A DNA stretch of 64,000 nt from the human T2T-CHM13v2.0 reference genome, Homo sapiens, in assembly GCF_009914755.1 (NCBI RefSeq), contig NC_060925.1; one strand, given 5' to 3'. Positions 60,277-64,000 of the stretch are shown piece after piece (the stretch's first letter is position 1; every line of letters begins with the position of its first letter). The notes beneath the pieces are model-generated. The model had not been told where the DNA came from. It worked only from the letters and a program-made list of their open reading frames with translations, and made no database searches. Made by a program: the position numbers and the translations under genes.

Positions 60277-60915
60277 GTTAGGTGCAGAGTCTAAGATGGC
60301 CCCATGATCCCTGCCTCCGTCTGTTCAGGCCCTTTGAGTGTGGGTGAGACACATGTCTTGCTTCTAACTAAATGAATATGTCAAAAGTAATGGGATGCCC
60401 CTCCCATTATTATGATACATTATGTAAGACTCCATCTCAGCAGACTAGAGGTAGAGCCTCTCCATGCTGGCTTGATGAAGGAAATGACCCTGTTGGAGAA
60501 GTGCACATGGCAAGGAACTGTGGCATCCTCCAGGGACTGCTCATGGCCTGTGCAACTGCAAGCAGCTTCTGGGAACTGTAGGTAGCCTCTAGGGCCCAAG
60601 GGAATCCCTGGCCAACAGCCCTCAAGAAGCCAGTGTCCTCAGTGCTACAACCAAAAGGACATGAGTTCTTCCAACAATCTGAGTGAGCTTAGAAGAGGAT
60701 TCTTCACCCTTCGAGCCTCCAGATGAGAATGCAGTCCAGCTAATGCCTTGATTGTACTATGGAGATCCAATATCTCCAATGTACCCTGTAAGGCCATAAG
60801 CAGAGTGCCTGACAAGCCATGTTAGAACCCACAGAAACTTTGAGACAACAAATGTGTGTTGTTTTATGCTGCTAAATTTGTGGTAACTTAGTACACAGCA
60901 ATGGAAAATAAATGC
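60277..60915 (+). mobile_element. MLT1 (E/F-like) MaLR solo LTR
   Basis: CTAAGATGGCCCCATGATCCCTGCCTCC...GGCAAGGAACTG...GAGCCTCCAGATGAGAATGCAG...GCTAAATTTGTGGTAA...CAGCAATGGAAAA. Confidence 0.8.
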
Positions 60916-61384
60916 ACACATAAAGGACTTAGAAGAGAAGCTGGCACTGCCAGTAGTCTATGACTATTGGTTGGTTTTAATGATGGTAGCACATCAGCCC
61001 ATTCCCTTGGATTATAACCAAGCAAAGCTCATCTAAAAAAAAAAAAATTGACAGAAACAAGCAAACCTTCTTCACTTTTCACCTCTGACAAATTTCTTCT
61101 GAGTGTTTTCTGTATTTATTTCTTGCCCTTCCATTCACTCCCATTTTGCTGCAATTTACTTCCTCTCTCTCCTTCAGTCCTTTGATGCTCCTGAAGGTCA
61201 CCAATCATCTCCTAGTTACTAAATCTGATGGATGTTTTGGGTCCCTCCTGTATTTGACTTCTCTGTGGCCTTTGGTGTCGGTGACTGAAGAGCTTTAGAG
61301 CTTTGTCCAAAGGAGATATCCACTGAATCTAAGCCTTTCAGGAAGACCCAAGAGTGATCAGACCCTGCTAGGCTGACTCCTGGT

Positions 61385-63400
61385 AGCATTCATTCATTCA
61401 TTCATCCATTCACACCTTTGCACATTTTCTGGATACTGCAGATGCAGCATTAAAGCACTCAATAGTATAGGCACAGTCCCTGTTCTCAAGGGAGATCACA
61501 CATTAGGCATAGGGAGAGATTAAAATAAGTCAACAATTAAGCAATAAGATTTCAGAGAGTGGTAAGTATGATGATGACAGTAAGACAGAGTGAAGTGACA
61601 GACAATGCAACATAGAGGAGCTACCTTAGACTGAGTGGTTGGAATAGGCTTTTCTAGAGGGGAGGCATTCAAGCTGAGGTGTGAATGAAAATAAGAAACC
61701 AGCCACGGGAAGATCTGGGGGAACAGCATCCTAGACTGGGATACAGTAAATACAAGGGCTGTCAAGTGGGAAAAATTCATGGGGTGTCCAAAGAATAGAA
61801 AGGTCAGTGTGGCTGCAGTAGAATTGAGCAAGCAAGAAAAGGGTAGAAGATGAGATCAGAGACATCAGCCGGGCCAGATCACTCAGGGCCCTGTCAACTG
61901 CAGAGGGGAGTTTGGGTTTTATTCCAAGGGTAGCAGTGAAACATTATAGGTTTAAAGCAGGAAAGTCATTGATCTGATCTTTGTTTTACAAAGATCACGT
62001 TGGTAGCTTCATGAAGAATAGATTATTTTGCAGGGGCAAAAGCAGAGACTAGGTGGATGGCAATTGCGTGGTGCAAGGGAGAAATCAGGGTGGCTTTGAC
62101 TAGGGATTTAGGTCGGGTTTCCCAGGACACAGACTCTGGAATTCAGTGATTTGCATGCAGGTAATTTAATGGAGAGTGTACTCAAGAATAACACCTGGGG
62201 GGTAGGAGTTAGGTCGGGGGGAAAAAAGCATTGCACGGAAAGAAAAATTAAACTGGCATGAAGTTGCAACAGAGCTGTCAACCACCCCAAGGGAAGCTCC
62301 AGAGCTGGAAGAGTCCCTCAGAGCTGTCCTGAACATAGGCAAGAGGGCCAGGCTTTCAGAGCTCAGAATCAACCAGCCACTGTGTATAGAGTGTAGACCT
62401 AGGGAGGGGGCACAGCCTCAGGCAAGGGGGTTCTCTTCAGCTGAGGGGAATTCCTGGAGAAGGATGCAGCAGCTGAAGATGGAGTGTCTGGGCACATCAC
62501 AGCATCCCCTGTAGGGGGTAGCTGTAGAAACCCAGAGAATTGAGCAGCCAGAATAGAATCCCTAGGTAGAACTCATGGAACTCAGAACTGGCCTGGTTGT
62601 GGAAGAGGAGAACATGAGAAGAATCCAAGACAACTAAGGGCGTCTGGCTGGATGGTGGTGACATTTCTTGAGATGAAGTAGCTCAGGTGGGGAAAAACAG
62701 GTTTTTGTGAGGAAATTAAGAGCTTGGTTTTGACCATGTGCTCTCTAAGAGGCCAATAGACAGCCACAGGGCTCTGTCAACTCTGCAGTGTACCAGGTGA
62801 GTCTGGGGCTCAGTAGAAGGTCAAGGTTAATACACAGTTTGGGGACCTCTCGGTCCTCCAACTAAAGATGAGATGTCTACAAAAGACACTGAAGAGAGGC
62901 CATGAAGCAGGAGGGAATCAAGGAGAGACAGTGACCCAGAAGCTAAGAGAGGGACTGTTAATCAGGAAGAGGGAGGAGTCATCAGATTGAGTGCCAATGA
63001 GAAGCAACCATTGGATTTGGCAAGATGGAGATTGAGGGAAATCCTGATATGAGCAGTTTGTGGGGAGCAGTGGGAACAGAAACCTGAGTAGAGAAGATCA
63101 AGGGGAGAAGCCGAGGTGGAGAGGTGATTGTAGTGACTGTAGACAGTTACTTAATTTAAAATGTCTTGTTGCGCATAGCAGGGAAGTCAGACGATATCTG
63201 CAGGAAGATGTCTAGTCAATGGAGACGGGTTATTCCAGAGCATGTGCATCCACAGATGAGGATGTCCTAGCAGAGGGGAAGAGGGAATGGAAGGAGGAAA
63301 GTCCTTGAGAAAACTAGCTAGAGTGGAGTCCAGGGCATGTATAAAGGGTTTGGACCTGATAGGCACTCATCCATGTAACCAGATACCAGTAAGTTAGTAG
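61385..63400 (-). mobile_element. L2 LINE, fragmented (interrupted by LTR at 62108-62512)
   Basis: CATTCATTCATTCA start, then typical antisense L2 purine-rich motifs (GGCCAGATCACTCAGGGCC, TTTAAAGCAGG, GATCACGTTGG, CCATTGGATTTGGCAA). Confidence 0.7.
62108..62512. mobile_element. Old ERVL/MaLR-type LTR remnant inserted in L2 (family uncertain)
   Basis: TTAGGTCGGGTTTCCCAGG...CAGACTCTG...ATTTGCATGCAGGTAATTTAATGG start; interrupts L2-like sequence. Confidence 0.5.
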
Positions 63401-64000
63401 ACTTGGTTGGGAAAAGATGAGGAAGTTTCATCATGCCAATGAAACATGAGGTCAGGTGAGAAGAAAAAGGGGCATATGGGGGATTTGAGGAGCAATTTCT
63501 TAGTCTTCCGTGGGGAAGGCCAGGCCCAAGACCTGCATCTTAGGAACACATCTACATGGGTTTCAGGAGGCTGCTTGGTGAACACTCAGAACAAAGGAGG
63601 CTGGCTGAACAAAGGGACTAGAGCTGCCTCATCCTGCCACTTCCATTCACCTTGCCCTTGAGATGGTCTGGCCATCGGTACCTGAAACCCCAAAGATGTA
63701 TGGCTAGCGCCCTCTGTATCTGTCATGGGGACAGAATTTTCTGAAGCTCTGCCTTGCAGGCCAAGGTTTTCTCACTTCTGGATAGCCCTGGGAGGGGCAC
63801 TGACCATCTTTTATCTAGGGACTCTCACTTCCTTCTACTGTGACCAACTCCCCTTTGACCAATACATTCTTATATTTCCTAGACATACAAAATAGGCTAC
63901 AGTCCAGTAGTCCTAGCCCCAAAGCTATTTTTCATCTTTAGATGACCTAGCATCTCTCTGCTCTGATCCACTGATTCAAATGGACTCTCAGAAGCTTATT

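Noticed and set aside
63700-63720. Partial CTCF-like motif (ACAGAGGGCGCTA on the minus strand)
   Set aside because: The 5' half of the core is mismatched; too weak to call.

Overview
Hominid (very probably human) genomic DNA covering the 5' end of GRIK3 (kainate receptor subunit GluK3) on the minus strand. Coding exon 1 is at 7748-7862 (MTAPWRRLRSLVWEYWAGLLVCAFWIPDSRGMPHVIRI/G, GT donor at 7747). It lies in a ~2.5 kb CpG island. Positions 1-7747 are the start of intron 1, and the ~55 kb to the right are upstream intergenic DNA. No other credible protein-coding sequence is present; the remaining ORFs are explained by GC-rich DNA or repeats. The upstream region is a mosaic of MIR, L2, L1, MaLR LTR, hAT DNA-transposon and Alu remnants, interspersed with repeat-free blocks rich in transcription-factor motifs that look like enhancers. 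The most notable structure is a full-length SVA retrotransposon (53482-55895) with two nested target-site duplications (TSDs). It is flanked by 58 bp of extra 5' sequence and ~190 bp of extra 3' sequence with a second poly(A) signal and tail, and the whole unit splits a MIR already interrupted by a MER20. That MER20 has an inverted twin sharing apparently non-consensus sequence. Other points of interest are a 33-codon uORF upstream of the GRIK3 start codon, divergent CTCF-like motifs bracketing the promoter, a dispersed 85-bp duplication and a self-complementary 17-bp minisatellite. I see no evidence of a wholly new biological system. Repeat-family names come from recalled consensus sequences and their boundaries are approximate.
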